Part shown: positions 27,879-37,618 of the stretch, piece by piece
How positions within the stretch are numbered: the first letter of the stretch is position 1
Layout of the letters: each line of letters opens with the position of its first letter
Source: Verrucomicrobiota bacterium
Lineage (GTDB): Bacteria; Verrucomicrobiota; Verrucomicrobiia; Limisphaerales; JADLHS01
Length of the DNA stretch: 64,000 nucleotides
NCBI GenBank assembly: GCA_031384405.1
Contig: JANNAO010000406.1
Coordinates: 9,759-73,758, forward strand
Direction: 5' to 3'
Made by a program: the position numbers and the translations under genes
The notes under the pieces: model-generated
What the model was told of the DNA's origin: nothing
Database searches by the model: none
Seen by the model: the letters and a program-made list of their open reading frames with translations, nothing else

Positions 27879-30800
27879 TCACGGCGTTTTCACTTCCCCA
27901 GGAGCGTTTGTCTGCGAGCTGATCTTCGAGGGTTCGGTTGAAAATAATTTACCGATGGATTCAAACGGACTCAGGGGCACCATGAGAAAGCCCGGAAGAT
28001 TTTCCGGTTTGATGGTTGGCTCGCTCATCGTTCCCCTGATCTTGTAAGAAAACAATTTTGCGACCGGCGAAAGGATCGTGCTCACAATCGGACCCAGCAC
28101 CGGCGTATCGCGCAACGGCTCGGCCTCCACCCGCGCGCGGATGTCGCCATCGAAATTCACCCAGCCGCTGTATTGCAATCGCATCGCTGGCGAGCGCATC
28201 TCCAGGTCTTTGGATTCGATGACGCCTTTTTCGATCTTGTAAGTGCCGGAGGCTTCCGAAAACTGGCTGTTGGCGACGCCGGGGATGACTGAATTCAACG
28301 GCTTGGACAGCGCGCCGAAAATCGGCAACTCCCACAGCAAACCGTCCCGCAAGTCCGCGCGACCGTAGCCGTCCCACGTCCGGATGTTCTCGGTGCTGGC
28401 GTTGGTGACGACGAGCAGACAGTTGAGTGAGCCGTCGAGTGTGTTGTCGCGTTCGGTGAGATCGGCCAAGAGTTGGCGCAGGTTCGCATTCGTGGCATCT
28501 ACGGTGAACGCGTAGGTCGCCCCGTTGTCTTCATCGAAAACAAATCGCGCCCAACCCGTCGCATGTCCGCCGTAGAATTTTCCTGACGTGTTCGTGACGA
28601 TGAGAAACGTATCCTTCCAGTGAACGCGCGCGGTGAACTCCGGCACGCGAAACTTGAGGCTCTCAAAATCTTTTCCAGTCCCCTCGAACACCACGTCTGC
28701 GTCTTGCGGATTGTTCATCGAAGTGTAACCCCAGAAGCGCGCCGTGGGCGGTTGCCCAAAGTGATACGGCTCCATCACGCGCGTCACTTGAGGTCCGATG
28801 GCGCGCACGACAACGCCCGGATCGAGCGTGCTGAATCCGTTCGTGAAGTACGTCCGCATCGAATTGAAATCCGCCACGATGCCATCGGCTGACAGGTGTT
28901 GCGTCCCGCGCCAGACTCGTGGCTCAATCATTTCGACAACGAGGTTGGTGTAATTCAACCCCGACACGATGGCATCCGTGCTTTGTCCACGGAACGAAAA
29001 GTTCGTCAACGCCACACGCCCCCGGAATCCAACGCTCTCGTGATCATACCAACGTCCCCACAACTCGCCGTCCACCACGGGCGGCTGGCCGAACTCGCAC
29101 AGATCAAATCCACGTCGCACTCCCGCATCCAACAGCGGCAACACCGCGCGTGGATCAATCGCACTGTGAATCTTGAAGTAATATCCGCGCGTGGCGTCGT
29201 TCACTATGAGGCTTAATCCCACGCCTCCTTCGGGTCTGCCTGCTTCGAGATTTGGTATCCACCAGGTCAGGTTCGTGTAACTGAAACCCGACGTGACCCA
29301 GTCCAGATGGATGCCTTGGTAGCCGCCGTTCGTGATGGCGACCTGCCCAGCCAGCTTGAGTGTGGGGCGAACTTCCTTCTGCCAGTCCACACCGGTTGCG
29401 TTCCACGCTGGCAAAACCAACGCGCCCGCCGCATTCAACTGCGGCGGATTCCTCCACGAAAACTTCGCCAGCCACTCGCGGCTCTTCTCCGTGAGGAACG
29501 GCGCGAGTTTTTGCAGATCAAAATCCGTCGTCGCCTCGAACGACCCATCGCGCGAAACAATGTCCAGCCTGCCGCGCGCATCCAACGCGCCGCCGTAGAG
29601 CGTTGCTTTCACCGACGTGATGTTCAACGCCGGCGCAGCCCAATCGCCCTCAAATGAAATCTTCTCCGCTTGCAGACTGGGCGTCTTCAACGCGCCAGCA
29701 CTCACAGTCCAGCGGGTTGCGTAAGGCAAGAGTTGATCCCAGAAATCAAGGCTGCCGTCCGAGGCCAACTCGTTTGTAACGGTGGTCAGCGTCACCGCCA
29801 CATCAACCTGCGCCGCTCGCGCCAGCAGCGTCACGATGGAATCTGTGTGCATCTCCACCTCGGCGGATCGTGGGATCGGATTCGTCAAACTGTGAACCCA
29901 TTTTGCTTTGGCATGAGTTGCACCCAAGCTGCCCCACTGCGTCAACGCGCGTTTCGCGCTGATCGTGCCCGATGCTTCCACCAACTCCGGCGTTGTCACG
30001 GACGTCACGAGCCGCAGCTTCACGTCGAGATTCGTCGTCGTTGCCCAAGGCGTCTCGGCGCTTGCGGCTTGAAGGGTGATCTCCGCGCGGGACAACTCGT
30101 TCGTAGCCGCCGGAAAAATTTGCGCCTTGAGCAACACTCGCGTCGCCTGTCCCCAGGCCGTGTCCGCGTCGTCAGCTTTGAGCATGAAGTGCGCGTCAAA
30201 ACTTCTGAAGTCCCGCGCGTCTCCATTCACGACAAGCCGCAGTTCCGGCGGTGAACTGAATTTGATCTGCTCTAACACCTCGGCCAGTTTCCGCAAGCGT
30301 CTCGGCCACCGCGTCGCGTCCACGGATGCGTCTTCCGCGCCGAACTTCCAATCTTTCACCGCCGACCCGTTCAGCAGACTGGCACTTAGAAAGAAATTCG
30401 CCCCGGCAAATTGCCCGCGCAGATCGTCCAGCATCCAACTGTCATCCGGCAGCAATCGTAGGCTCGATTCGATCTTCTCGATGGTGAGAGTGCGATCCGG
30501 CGCGTTGGTTAACGTGAGCGTCCATTCGAGTTTGCCTTCGCGCAACGTGATGGATTCCACCTGAATTTTTCCCGCAAGCAACCCGCGCATCTGGAAGTTG
30601 AACTCCACTTCCTTGGCAGTCAGATGCGGGACAGCGGGAGAATCCATGGAGCCGAATTTCACCTGCGACGCCACGAACCCGCGCGACCAGTGCAATCTCA
30701 ACTCGGAGAAGTCCACCGCCATGCCGCGCTCACGAAGTTTTGAGATGATCGGACGCTTCACGAAGTCGGGAAGTCCGATGAGATTGAGATAGATCAGCGC

Positions 30801-30905
30801 GCCGAGGATGGCGAGCGTGACGAGCCAGACCGTGATGCGTGCGCGGCGAAAATAAATCCGGCACTTGCGCCAAAAGCGGCTTTTGTGCTTGGCCGGTGTG
30901 GGCAT
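27879..30905 (-). CDS. large AsmA-like envelope protein (N-terminal TM anchor, AsmA_2-like C-terminus)
   Basis: Start trimmed to the ATG at 30905, 1 nt after the DUF4340 stop. TM anchor ITVWLVTLAILGALIYLNLIGL. The body is about 1000 aa and beta-rich. The C-terminus GTYKIEKGVIESKDLEMRSPAMRLQYSGWVNFDGDIRARVEAEP...YKIRGTMSEPTIKP resembles the AsmA/TamB-type C-terminal region. Confidence 0.6.
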   Translation of the reverse strand: MPTPAKHKSRFWRKCRIYFRRARITVWLVTLAILGALIYLNLIGLPDFVKRPIISKLRERGMAVDFSELRLHWSRGFVASQVKFGSMDSPAVPHLTAKEVEFNFQMRGLLAGKIQVESITLREGKLEWTLTLTNAPDRTLTIEKIESSLRLLPDDSWMLDDLRGQFAGANFFLSASLLNGSAVKDWKFGAEDASVDATRWPRRLRKLAEVLEQIKFSSPPELRLVVNGDARDFRSFDAHFMLKADDADTAWGQATRVLLKAQIFPAATNELSRAEITLQAASAETPWATTTNLDVKLRLVTSVTTPELVEASGTISAKRALTQWGSLGATHAKAKWVHSLTNPIPRSAEVEMHTDSIVTLLARAAQVDVAVTLTTVTNELASDGSLDFWDQLLPYATRWTVSAGALKTPSLQAEKISFEGDWAAPALNITSVKATLYGGALDARGRLDIVSRDGSFEATTDFDLQKLAPFLTEKSREWLAKFSWRNPPQLNAAGALVLPAWNATGVDWQKEVRPTLKLAGQVAITNGGYQGIHLDWVTSGFSYTNLTWWIPNLEAGRPEGGVGLSLIVNDATRGYYFKIHSAIDPRAVLPLLDAGVRRGFDLCEFGQPPVVDGELWGRWYDHESVGFRGRVALTNFSFRGQSTDAIVSGLNYTNLVVEMIEPRVWRGTQHLSADGIVADFNSMRTYFTNGFSTLDPGVVVRAIGPQVTRVMEPYHFGQPPTARFWGYTSMNNPQDADVVFEGTGKDFESLKFRVPEFTARVHWKDTFLIVTNTSGKFYGGHATGWARFVFDEDNGATYAFTVDATNANLRQLLADLTERDNTLDGSLNCLLVVTNASTENIRTWDGYGRADLRDGLLWELPIFGALSKPLNSVIPGVANSQFSEASGTYKIEKGVIESKDLEMRSPAMRLQYSGWVNFDGDIRARVEAEPLRDTPVLGPIVSTILSPVAKLFSYKIRGTMSEPTIKPENLPGFLMVPLSPFESIGKLFSTEPSKISSQTNAPGEVKTP

Positions 30906-30906
30906 A

Positions 30907-32718
30907 TCACGGTTTCGCCGCAGGCAGCGGCAATGCGAATTTGATGTATTCGTGGACGACGATGGGGAACTCGAAGAACCACGGCTGTCCACCGATCATC
31001 ACTTTTGCGTAGGGATAATTGTCCGCTGACTTGCCGCCAAATTCGACCTGGTGCTTTGTGCCGTCCTTCAACTCCGCAGTGACGCTCATGTTAATGTTCG
31101 TCCCGCCAAATCCGAACTGCTCGCCATCCTCAACGCCTCGCCCCACCCACGCGCTCGCATCCACCTGACCCAGCCGATGCGTGGTTTCTTCAACCGCCGC
31201 AGCGTTCTTGATAACGCCCTGTGAGCCGGACTCGAATGCCCATTCATTCGTGCCCGTGTGCCGCAGTTCGGTTTTCAACTCGCCTTGCTGGACACTCACA
31301 CGCGCGACATCACCTGCTGCAAATCTCCACACCGCGCGCTGACGCAAATGCCACGCGGACACCGCGAGCGGCGCGTAGTCCTCAATGCCGATGGCATAGA
31401 CGGAATTTTCATCCGAGCGTCGCACGAACACGTTCAAGCTGTTCTCCTCCTTCACCACGCCAAAAGAAAGTTCCACCATCACGCCGTTCGTCGCGCTCCC
31501 GCCCGGCTTGCTCGCCGTGGATCGAAGAACGATCTGGCGGATGGGTTTCGCGAGGCCGTACTTCGGCAGGTCCGCTTCGGTGATCGAATCCTTGTATTGC
31601 ACGATGCGGCCCGTGGTCAGCGTCAGAATCAACGCCCGCACGAATTCCGGATCCACCGGCATCTCCGAATCCACAATGCGCCACGCGTTCGTGCCGGTGC
31701 GTTGCAGCACGAAGGATTCTTTATCGCGCACCTCGATCTCATCAGGCGGCGTGAGCAGCGTGACGAGATGCGGATCGCGGAATTGATTCACCGCCGCGAG
31801 CCACGCCTCGATCGCCTGCCGCTCCACGGTGACGACGGCATCAAAGCCCGTGCGTCGCGCGAACACCAGAGACGAATCGTTCGTGGGGCTTTTGCCGAAT
31901 TGAATTCCAGCCAGCAGATTCGTTCCGCTCACGAGTGAGAGTTCCAGCTCCGCATTCTGAAAACCAAAACCCTCGCCGTCGGTCTTGGGATCGTCTGACA
32001 CAAAACTCTTCACCCGTGTGCCGTGAAGTTTTTGGATCGAACCCGCGAGCCGGAAATTATCCGCACGCGCTGCCATCGGACGCACGAGTCGCCAGAGAAG
32101 ATTGGTGGTGTCCCGCTGAAGTTCGATCACAGCGGTGGCGTTCGAGACGATGATGCGATCAAACATCATGCCGCGCAGGTCCACCAGCCCCGTGTCGCGC
32201 CACTCGTCCATTCTTGCCGGGAGAAATTTCAACAACTGCGCGTCCACCACGGCAACGCCATCCGAGCCGACGACTTGGACATACAGTTGATCACCCGGAG
32301 CCGTGCGCGAACCGATCCGCAACTGGCGGCTCTCCTCGCCGATCATCAACGTGAGCGTCGTGCGAGCGTCGAAACCGAATTCTGCGTCCGAGTTTTTCCG
32401 CTGCCGGACTTCTGCGCCGGAGATGGTGTGGGCTGGAGCTAATTTTTCCAAAGCTCCGATCAAGGCTTCGATGCTCGCAGCCTGTGCGGGATAGCTGATG
32501 GGTTTGGTGAGCCGCCAAGTGCCATTGGTGCGAATGGCTCGGATCTCCAACTGGCCAGCAGGCGTGAACTGAACACTTGTGACTTTTTCCGCGCGAAGAC
32601 CGGGTATGAGCGCCACGAGTTCGGGCGCGGGTTTGTGACTGAACTTTTCCACGCCGAAGATCGCTCCGCCGAGAACGGCAGCCAGCGTGATCCAGACCCA
32701 TGTGCTTTTGGAATTCAT
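30907..32718 (-). CDS. DUF4340 domain protein (accessory to the GldG-type ABC system)
   Basis: 603 aa with an N-terminal TM helix (WVWITLAAVLGGAIFGV), then repeated DUF4340-like modules (TNGTWRLTKPISYPAQAASIEALIGALEKL). Its position after a GldG-like gene is the usual context. Confidence 0.7.
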   Translation of the reverse strand: MNSKSTWVWITLAAVLGGAIFGVEKFSHKPAPELVALIPGLRAEKVTSVQFTPAGQLEIRAIRTNGTWRLTKPISYPAQAASIEALIGALEKLAPAHTISGAEVRQRKNSDAEFGFDARTTLTLMIGEESRQLRIGSRTAPGDQLYVQVVGSDGVAVVDAQLLKFLPARMDEWRDTGLVDLRGMMFDRIIVSNATAVIELQRDTTNLLWRLVRPMAARADNFRLAGSIQKLHGTRVKSFVSDDPKTDGEGFGFQNAELELSLVSGTNLLAGIQFGKSPTNDSSLVFARRTGFDAVVTVERQAIEAWLAAVNQFRDPHLVTLLTPPDEIEVRDKESFVLQRTGTNAWRIVDSEMPVDPEFVRALILTLTTGRIVQYKDSITEADLPKYGLAKPIRQIVLRSTASKPGGSATNGVMVELSFGVVKEENSLNVFVRRSDENSVYAIGIEDYAPLAVSAWHLRQRAVWRFAAGDVARVSVQQGELKTELRHTGTNEWAFESGSQGVIKNAAAVEETTHRLGQVDASAWVGRGVEDGEQFGFGGTNINMSVTAELKDGTKHQVEFGGKSADNYPYAKVMIGGQPWFFEFPIVVHEYIKFALPLPAAKP

Positions 32719-32732
32719 GTCACCGGTTCAAA

Positions 32733-34235
32733 TCATTTTCTGCGACGCAACCACACCAATCCGCCGAACAATAAAATCGCGCCCGGCAACGCGCCGATCA
32801 GGAGCCACTGCATATTGGTCATCTGTGCGACGGTGAGGTTCATGCGAAATTCAGTGAACGGTTTCGGCCCGATGCCCTCGGTGAATTGTGGACGACCCAG
32901 CAACCAGTTCAGCGCGTATCCCGCGAACTCGCGATTCGCGAACGTCTTCATCGGTTCGTTGGCGAAGAAGAATGAATCGCCCACGATGATCATGCGCGTG
33001 TTACCGCGACCGGTCAGCACGCCGCGCACGGCGTTTTTCTCGACGGCGACGCCGAGCGGATACATGGCGGGCTTGATTTCCGGCCTGTCTTCGAGCGTGG
33101 CTTTGTCAGTGGTGGCGAACAAACGCTCAACTCTCGGCACGTCAGCGGAAGTTTCGCGGGTTTGAATCAAATCCACAGAGCGCGGGCGATAAAGGTTAAG
33201 ATACGATCCCATCAACGCCTTCACGGAAGCATGTTTTGAAAACGCCGCCACGGTGATGTCTTTGCCGGGCGTGGCCTTGATCGAATCTATGGACGTTGCG
33301 CTATCAATCACCGCTTCGTCACCCACTTTCACGCGCCATTTCTTTTCGAGAATGATTTCCAATCCGCGCTTCCTGTCGAGCGATGCGGAGTTGAACAGGA
33401 TCAACGCGCGCCCGCCTTCATCGAAATACTGATCCAGCTTTTTTAGCTCGTCTATCGTCACCGCCGGAATCGAGCCGGGGATGATCAGCAAGTTGCAATC
33501 TTGCGGAACGGTGTTCGTGCCGATGAGCGACAGTAGTCGGACTTGCACATAGTTCTGCTCCAGCAAGGATTTGAAATCGAGGTAGCCTGTGTATTCATCA
33601 CCGCTTTCGAGATCGTGCTCCCCGTGACCTTGAAGCACGTAGGCGATATGGGGCTTGGGATTCGTCACGGCGATCAGATACGCGGTGAACGCCGTCTCGC
33701 CCTTGAACGCAACCGTTCGTCGGAAATATTCGCCAGTCTGTTGATCCTGTCCCACGGCGGTATCCACCAGAAATTCACCCGGCAACACCAACGGACGGCC
33801 TTCGCACTCAAACAGCACAAAGTTTTTCTCCTCGGCCTTGCCGTGGCTCGCGTTGGGCAGTTTGAATTTCTGCTTCAAGCGCAACGCCTCCGCCGCGTCC
33901 CGCAAGTAATCCACCGTCACGACGCTCACCTTGGGGTTGACCGCTTGATACTCGCGCAACAACGCGGCGATGTTCGGATAAAAGCTATCCTCTCGATCGT
34001 AGTAGATCGTGATCTTCACCTCGTTGGTCAACGAGTTCAGAAAGTTCTTCGTGCGCGAGGACAGTTCCTGCTTTGTGGTTTCACTCAGGTATTGCCGATG
34101 GAAAAACAGCGCGCCGAGATGGTTCAACATCACGATCACCGCCAGCACCACCAGCGTCCGCACGATGACATCGAAACCCACGCCCCACTTGCGGCGCGGG
34201 GTGAAGCTGGGTTTGGATTGGGGATCGGTGGCCAT
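32733..34235 (-). CDS. GldG-like ABC-transport auxiliary protein
   Basis: 500 aa with N- and C-terminal TM helices and a large periplasmic domain (KITIYYDREDSFYPNIAALLREYQAVNPKVSVVTVDY). It lies 1 nt after the permease stop. Confidence 0.75.
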   Translation of the reverse strand: MATDPQSKPSFTPRRKWGVGFDVIVRTLVVLAVIVMLNHLGALFFHRQYLSETTKQELSSRTKNFLNSLTNEVKITIYYDREDSFYPNIAALLREYQAVNPKVSVVTVDYLRDAAEALRLKQKFKLPNASHGKAEEKNFVLFECEGRPLVLPGEFLVDTAVGQDQQTGEYFRRTVAFKGETAFTAYLIAVTNPKPHIAYVLQGHGEHDLESGDEYTGYLDFKSLLEQNYVQVRLLSLIGTNTVPQDCNLLIIPGSIPAVTIDELKKLDQYFDEGGRALILFNSASLDRKRGLEIILEKKWRVKVGDEAVIDSATSIDSIKATPGKDITVAAFSKHASVKALMGSYLNLYRPRSVDLIQTRETSADVPRVERLFATTDKATLEDRPEIKPAMYPLGVAVEKNAVRGVLTGRGNTRMIIVGDSFFFANEPMKTFANREFAGYALNWLLGRPQFTEGIGPKPFTEFRMNLTVAQMTNMQWLLIGALPGAILLFGGLVWLRRRK

Positions 34236-34236
34236 G

Positions 34237-34989
34237 TTATTTCCAGCGGCGACTCTCCACCGCGCGCAACGTCAGGAACAAAAAGAAAAACGTGAGGCTC
34301 ACCAGCAGCAACACCGAACGCGTATCAATGACGCCGTGCGCGAACTCCTTCATCTGCTCGAAGAAGCTGAACCGGCTCATCACTTGTTCCTTCCACGTCG
34401 CGCCTGAAAAACTCGTTCCCGCCACGTAGCTCAACGCAAACAACGCCAGCCCGATCAACAGACTCAACATCGCCGCCACCATCTGACTCACCGTTAATGC
34501 TGAAGCCAGTCCGCCAAACGAGATGAAGAACGCTCCGAACAATCCGATGCCCGTGAACGTGCTGATCAACACGCCGACATCCAGCGCGCCAGCCTGCTTC
34601 GCGTAATGTTGGATGATGTAACAGCACCCAAGGAACGGCAGCCACATGATCATATAAAACAGCCACGCAGCGGCGAACTTCGCGCTGACCACTTGCAGGT
34701 CGCCCACCGGCGTCGTCATCAGCGTCTCGTAAGTGCCGGAGTATTTCTCGTGCGCGTAAAGCCGCATCGTGATGACGGCGTTCGCGATCAGCAGCGTGAA
34801 CCAGAACATCGGGCTTTGGAAAAACAGTTCCGTCACAGGCAGTTGATACCCCGCGCCGCCCATGCCACGGATCAACACCCAGAAAGTCAGGCCGGACAAC
34901 AGCGCCACTCCCGAAATGATGACGTAGCCAGTGAGAGAGACGAAGAATGTCCCCAGCTCCCGCCGCATGAGTGTGAGAAAAACGTGCAT
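34237..34989 (-). CDS. ABC-2 type transporter permease (GldF-like)
   Basis: 250 aa, about 6 TM helices. The ATG overlaps the ATPase stop codon (TGATG). Confidence 0.8.
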   Translation of the reverse strand: MHVFLTLMRRELGTFFVSLTGYVIISGVALLSGLTFWVLIRGMGGAGYQLPVTELFFQSPMFWFTLLIANAVITMRLYAHEKYSGTYETLMTTPVGDLQVVSAKFAAAWLFYMIMWLPFLGCCYIIQHYAKQAGALDVGVLISTFTGIGLFGAFFISFGGLASALTVSQMVAAMLSLLIGLALFALSYVAGTSFSGATWKEQVMSRFSFFEQMKEFAHGVIDTRSVLLLVSLTFFFLFLTLRAVESRRWK

Positions 34990-35984
34990 CAGCTTTCTTC
35001 TTCCTCGTTCGGTTTGGTGACCTGCACGTAAATATCTTCAAGCGAATGCCGATTGCGCGTGAGTTCGCGCAATTGCCAGCCGCGTTGCTTCACTAGAGAA
35101 AAGATTTTCGGGCGCAGATCGCAGCCATCCAACGGTGTCAGGGCGCAGCGATGGAAATCCCCTTCCGCAGGCGACACATCGTAATGTTCCACCTCGGCCA
35201 TCTGCGCCCACGCAGCTTTCAACTCCGCCACCGGTGCGGCGATCTCTGCAACAATCTGACCTTTGCCAACCATGCGGCTTTGCAGATTGTCCGGCGTATC
35301 AGACGCGAGAATTTTTCCGCCCAACATGATCATCACGCGGCTGCACGTCATCTCCACTTCCGGCAAAATGTGCGTCGAGATCAACACCGTGTGTGAGCCG
35401 GACAAACTCTTGATGAGTGAACGCACGAGGCGTATCTGGTGCGGATCAAGCCCGATGGTCGGTTCGTCGAGGATGATCAAATCCGGCTCGTGAACGATGG
35501 CATCCGCTAGGCCGACGCGTTGTTTGTAGCCTTTGGAGAGCTGACCGATGATGCGCTTGCTGACATCCGTGAGACTGCATTGCTGAAGCACGGTATCAAT
35601 CCGATCCCGCGAGCGAGCGCGACTCAAACCTTTCAGCCTCGCGCGGAACTTGAGGTATTCGCGCACGCGCATCTCGTTGTGCAGCGGATTATTTTCCGGC
35701 ATGTAACCAATGCGACGGCGCACTTCCTCGGAATCATGAAAAACATCGTAACCCGCCACGCGCGCCGTGCCGGAGGTCGCCGGCATGAAGCACGAAAGGA
35801 TGCGCATGGTGGTGCTTTTGCCTGCGCCGTTCGGCCCGAGCAGACCGACGATCTCTCCGCGCGCCACAGAAAATGAAATGCCCGCCAACGCCGTGTGACC
35901 GGCGTAGCGTTTCGTCAGATTGCTGACATCAATCATCGGGGCGGAACTCATCAATGCGATTTTCAGTCTAGGTGAAAACTCCAA
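34989..35984 (-). CDS. ABC transporter ATP-binding protein (GldA-like)
   Basis: Walker A GPNGAGKST, signature LSKGYKQRV, Walker B LIILDEPT. The true start may be an internal Met (MIDVSNLTKRY, about 35936). Confidence 0.9.
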   Translation of the reverse strand: MEFSPRLKIALMSSAPMIDVSNLTKRYAGHTALAGISFSVARGEIVGLLGPNGAGKSTTMRILSCFMPATSGTARVAGYDVFHDSEEVRRRIGYMPENNPLHNEMRVREYLKFRARLKGLSRARSRDRIDTVLQQCSLTDVSKRIIGQLSKGYKQRVGLADAIVHEPDLIILDEPTIGLDPHQIRLVRSLIKSLSGSHTVLISTHILPEVEMTCSRVMIMLGGKILASDTPDNLQSRMVGKGQIVAEIAAPVAELKAAWAQMAEVEHYDVSPAEGDFHRCALTPLDGCDLRPKIFSLVKQRGWQLRELTRNRHSLEDIYVQVTKPNEEEES

Positions 35985-36005
35985 CAGTCGGCGAACTAAA
36001 ACTCC

Positions 36006-37412
36006 TCAGCGGACGGGCAATTCCAGTTGTGCGACTCGCAATTCCACAAATCCACCAGCGCCACGGTTCATTATCTTGAACGTGAGCACGGCTTTTTCTT
36101 TGGCCTTTTTTTTGCCGAGTGCGTTCGTCACACGCACTTGGTTGAACACGGGGAAACCATCCACCCCCAACAACACAATTCCCGACTGAAGTTTGGCAAC
36201 AGCGGCTGGACTGTTTGTCTGCACCTCTGTGACCATCAATCCGTCTCCTTCATTCAATTGAAAATTGACGGCTTGATCGGCTGTGAGGTTTTGTGTGGTC
36301 AAACCCAACCGCGCAAGAATCATTTGCCGCGTCAATAAGTCCATTGTGATCATCTCGATCTTCAGGGTTTTCTCACGACCATTCTCTGAAACTGTGACCT
36401 TCGCCGTGTTGTCGGAATTCGCTGCCATGTTGAGAATCAGTTCGATAAGCCCACGAACCGGCTTGCTGTTCACCTCCAACACCTGCTGCCCGACTTTGAG
36501 TCCAGCACGATCCGCCGGACTGTTCGGTTGAACTTCCCGCACGGTGATGGAATCCGACGCGCCACGAAACCGGGCGCCGAGCCAGAGTTTTGCCATCCAT
36601 TCCAGAGTGAAAAAATCCGACAACGCCTCGCTGATCTGTTTTACAGGAATGGCGAAGCCCGTTCCCTTGCCTTCTCGCTGGCCTCCGACGACAGCTACGT
36701 TTAGCCCGATGAGTTCGCCGCGCGTATTGATCAGCGGCCCACCGCTGTTTCCGGGGTTGATGTCCGCATCTGTCTGCAGCCAGTCTGGATAATCCAGCTT
36801 CATTTCACCGACGACGGATCGCCGATTCTTCGAGCTGAGAATTCCGCGCGACACCGACCCACCAAGCCCAAATGGATTTCCCACTGCAATCACCGTTTCG
36901 CCCAACAAGAGATCGTCGTCTTTCGCAAACGAGATTGGTTTGAATGGCTTTTCGCCAGGCTTGCGCCGAATCCGCAGCAGCGCGAGGTCTTTCGTTCCCA
37001 TCGGCAAAAGCTTTTCAGCTTCATATTCACGACCGTCTTGAAGCTGCACCTGCACGCGCGAGTCATCCTTGATCACATGAAGGTTGGTCAGAATATATCC
37101 ATCCTCACCCACTTCATCCACGATCACGCCAGCCGCAATACTGTTGATGTCGGGTTGCGCTGATTTGCTGATCCCAAATGCCCGCCGATAATACGCCTCT
37201 TCCTCTGGAGAAACATGTTTTGCCAGCCGGATATTCACCACGCTCGGCATCACCCGCTCGATCGCTTCAACCGTCGCATCCCGGCGGACGTCTCGCGCGA
37301 TGGCTTGTTGAGAAGTCGTAGGCGCGCGGTCACAACCCGCCATCAAGCACGCGCACAAAGCCAGTGCTGCCTTGCGCCATTGGGTTGAACTTGTTTTGTT
37401 CGTTGAATTCAT
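36006..37412 (-). CDS. HtrA/DegP-family serine protease with two PDZ domains
   Basis: Triad: LTNLHVI (His), KDLALLRI (Asp), NPGNSGGPLIN (Ser). PDZ-like segments are VREVQPNSPADRAGLKVGQQV and VTEVQTNSPAAVAKLQSG. The N-terminus is lipoprotein/signal-like. Confidence 0.9.
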   Translation of the reverse strand: MNSTNKTSSTQWRKAALALCACLMAGCDRAPTTSQQAIARDVRRDATVEAIERVMPSVVNIRLAKHVSPEEEAYYRRAFGISKSAQPDINSIAAGVIVDEVGEDGYILTNLHVIKDDSRVQVQLQDGREYEAEKLLPMGTKDLALLRIRRKPGEKPFKPISFAKDDDLLLGETVIAVGNPFGLGGSVSRGILSSKNRRSVVGEMKLDYPDWLQTDADINPGNSGGPLINTRGELIGLNVAVVGGQREGKGTGFAIPVKQISEALSDFFTLEWMAKLWLGARFRGASDSITVREVQPNSPADRAGLKVGQQVLEVNSKPVRGLIELILNMAANSDNTAKVTVSENGREKTLKIEMITMDLLTRQMILARLGLTTQNLTADQAVNFQLNEGDGLMVTEVQTNSPAAVAKLQSGIVLLGVDGFPVFNQVRVTNALGKKKAKEKAVLTFKIMNRGAGGFVELRVAQLELPVR

Positions 37413-37458
37413 CTGTCAGTTGAAAGCCGGATCGCGTCTTTGGTTTCGCGGCGTCCGG

Positions 37459-37529
37459 CTCTTAATCTTTTTCATAATCTTAATCCCGCTGGACCGGAGA
37501 TTAAGAAAAAGATTACGAGTAGGATTAAG
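37459..37529. promoter_or_regulatory. AT-rich array of CTTAATC/GATTAAG heptamers in the htrA / DUF2851 divergent promoter region
   Basis: CTTAATC at 37461 and 37479. GATTAAG at 37499 and 37523, with the variant GATTACG at 37511. The 15-nt arms ctcttaatctttttc (37459..37473) and gaaaaagattacgag (37505..37519) are complementary with 1 mismatch. Confidence 0.5.
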
Positions 37530-37618
37530 ACCGCACCGTCCGCGCGGCAGTTTCAGCCACCCCTCGCCGCGAACCTGCGCTTGACTTTGCGAGACGCAGG
37601 ACGCAAAAGCAATTCCAA

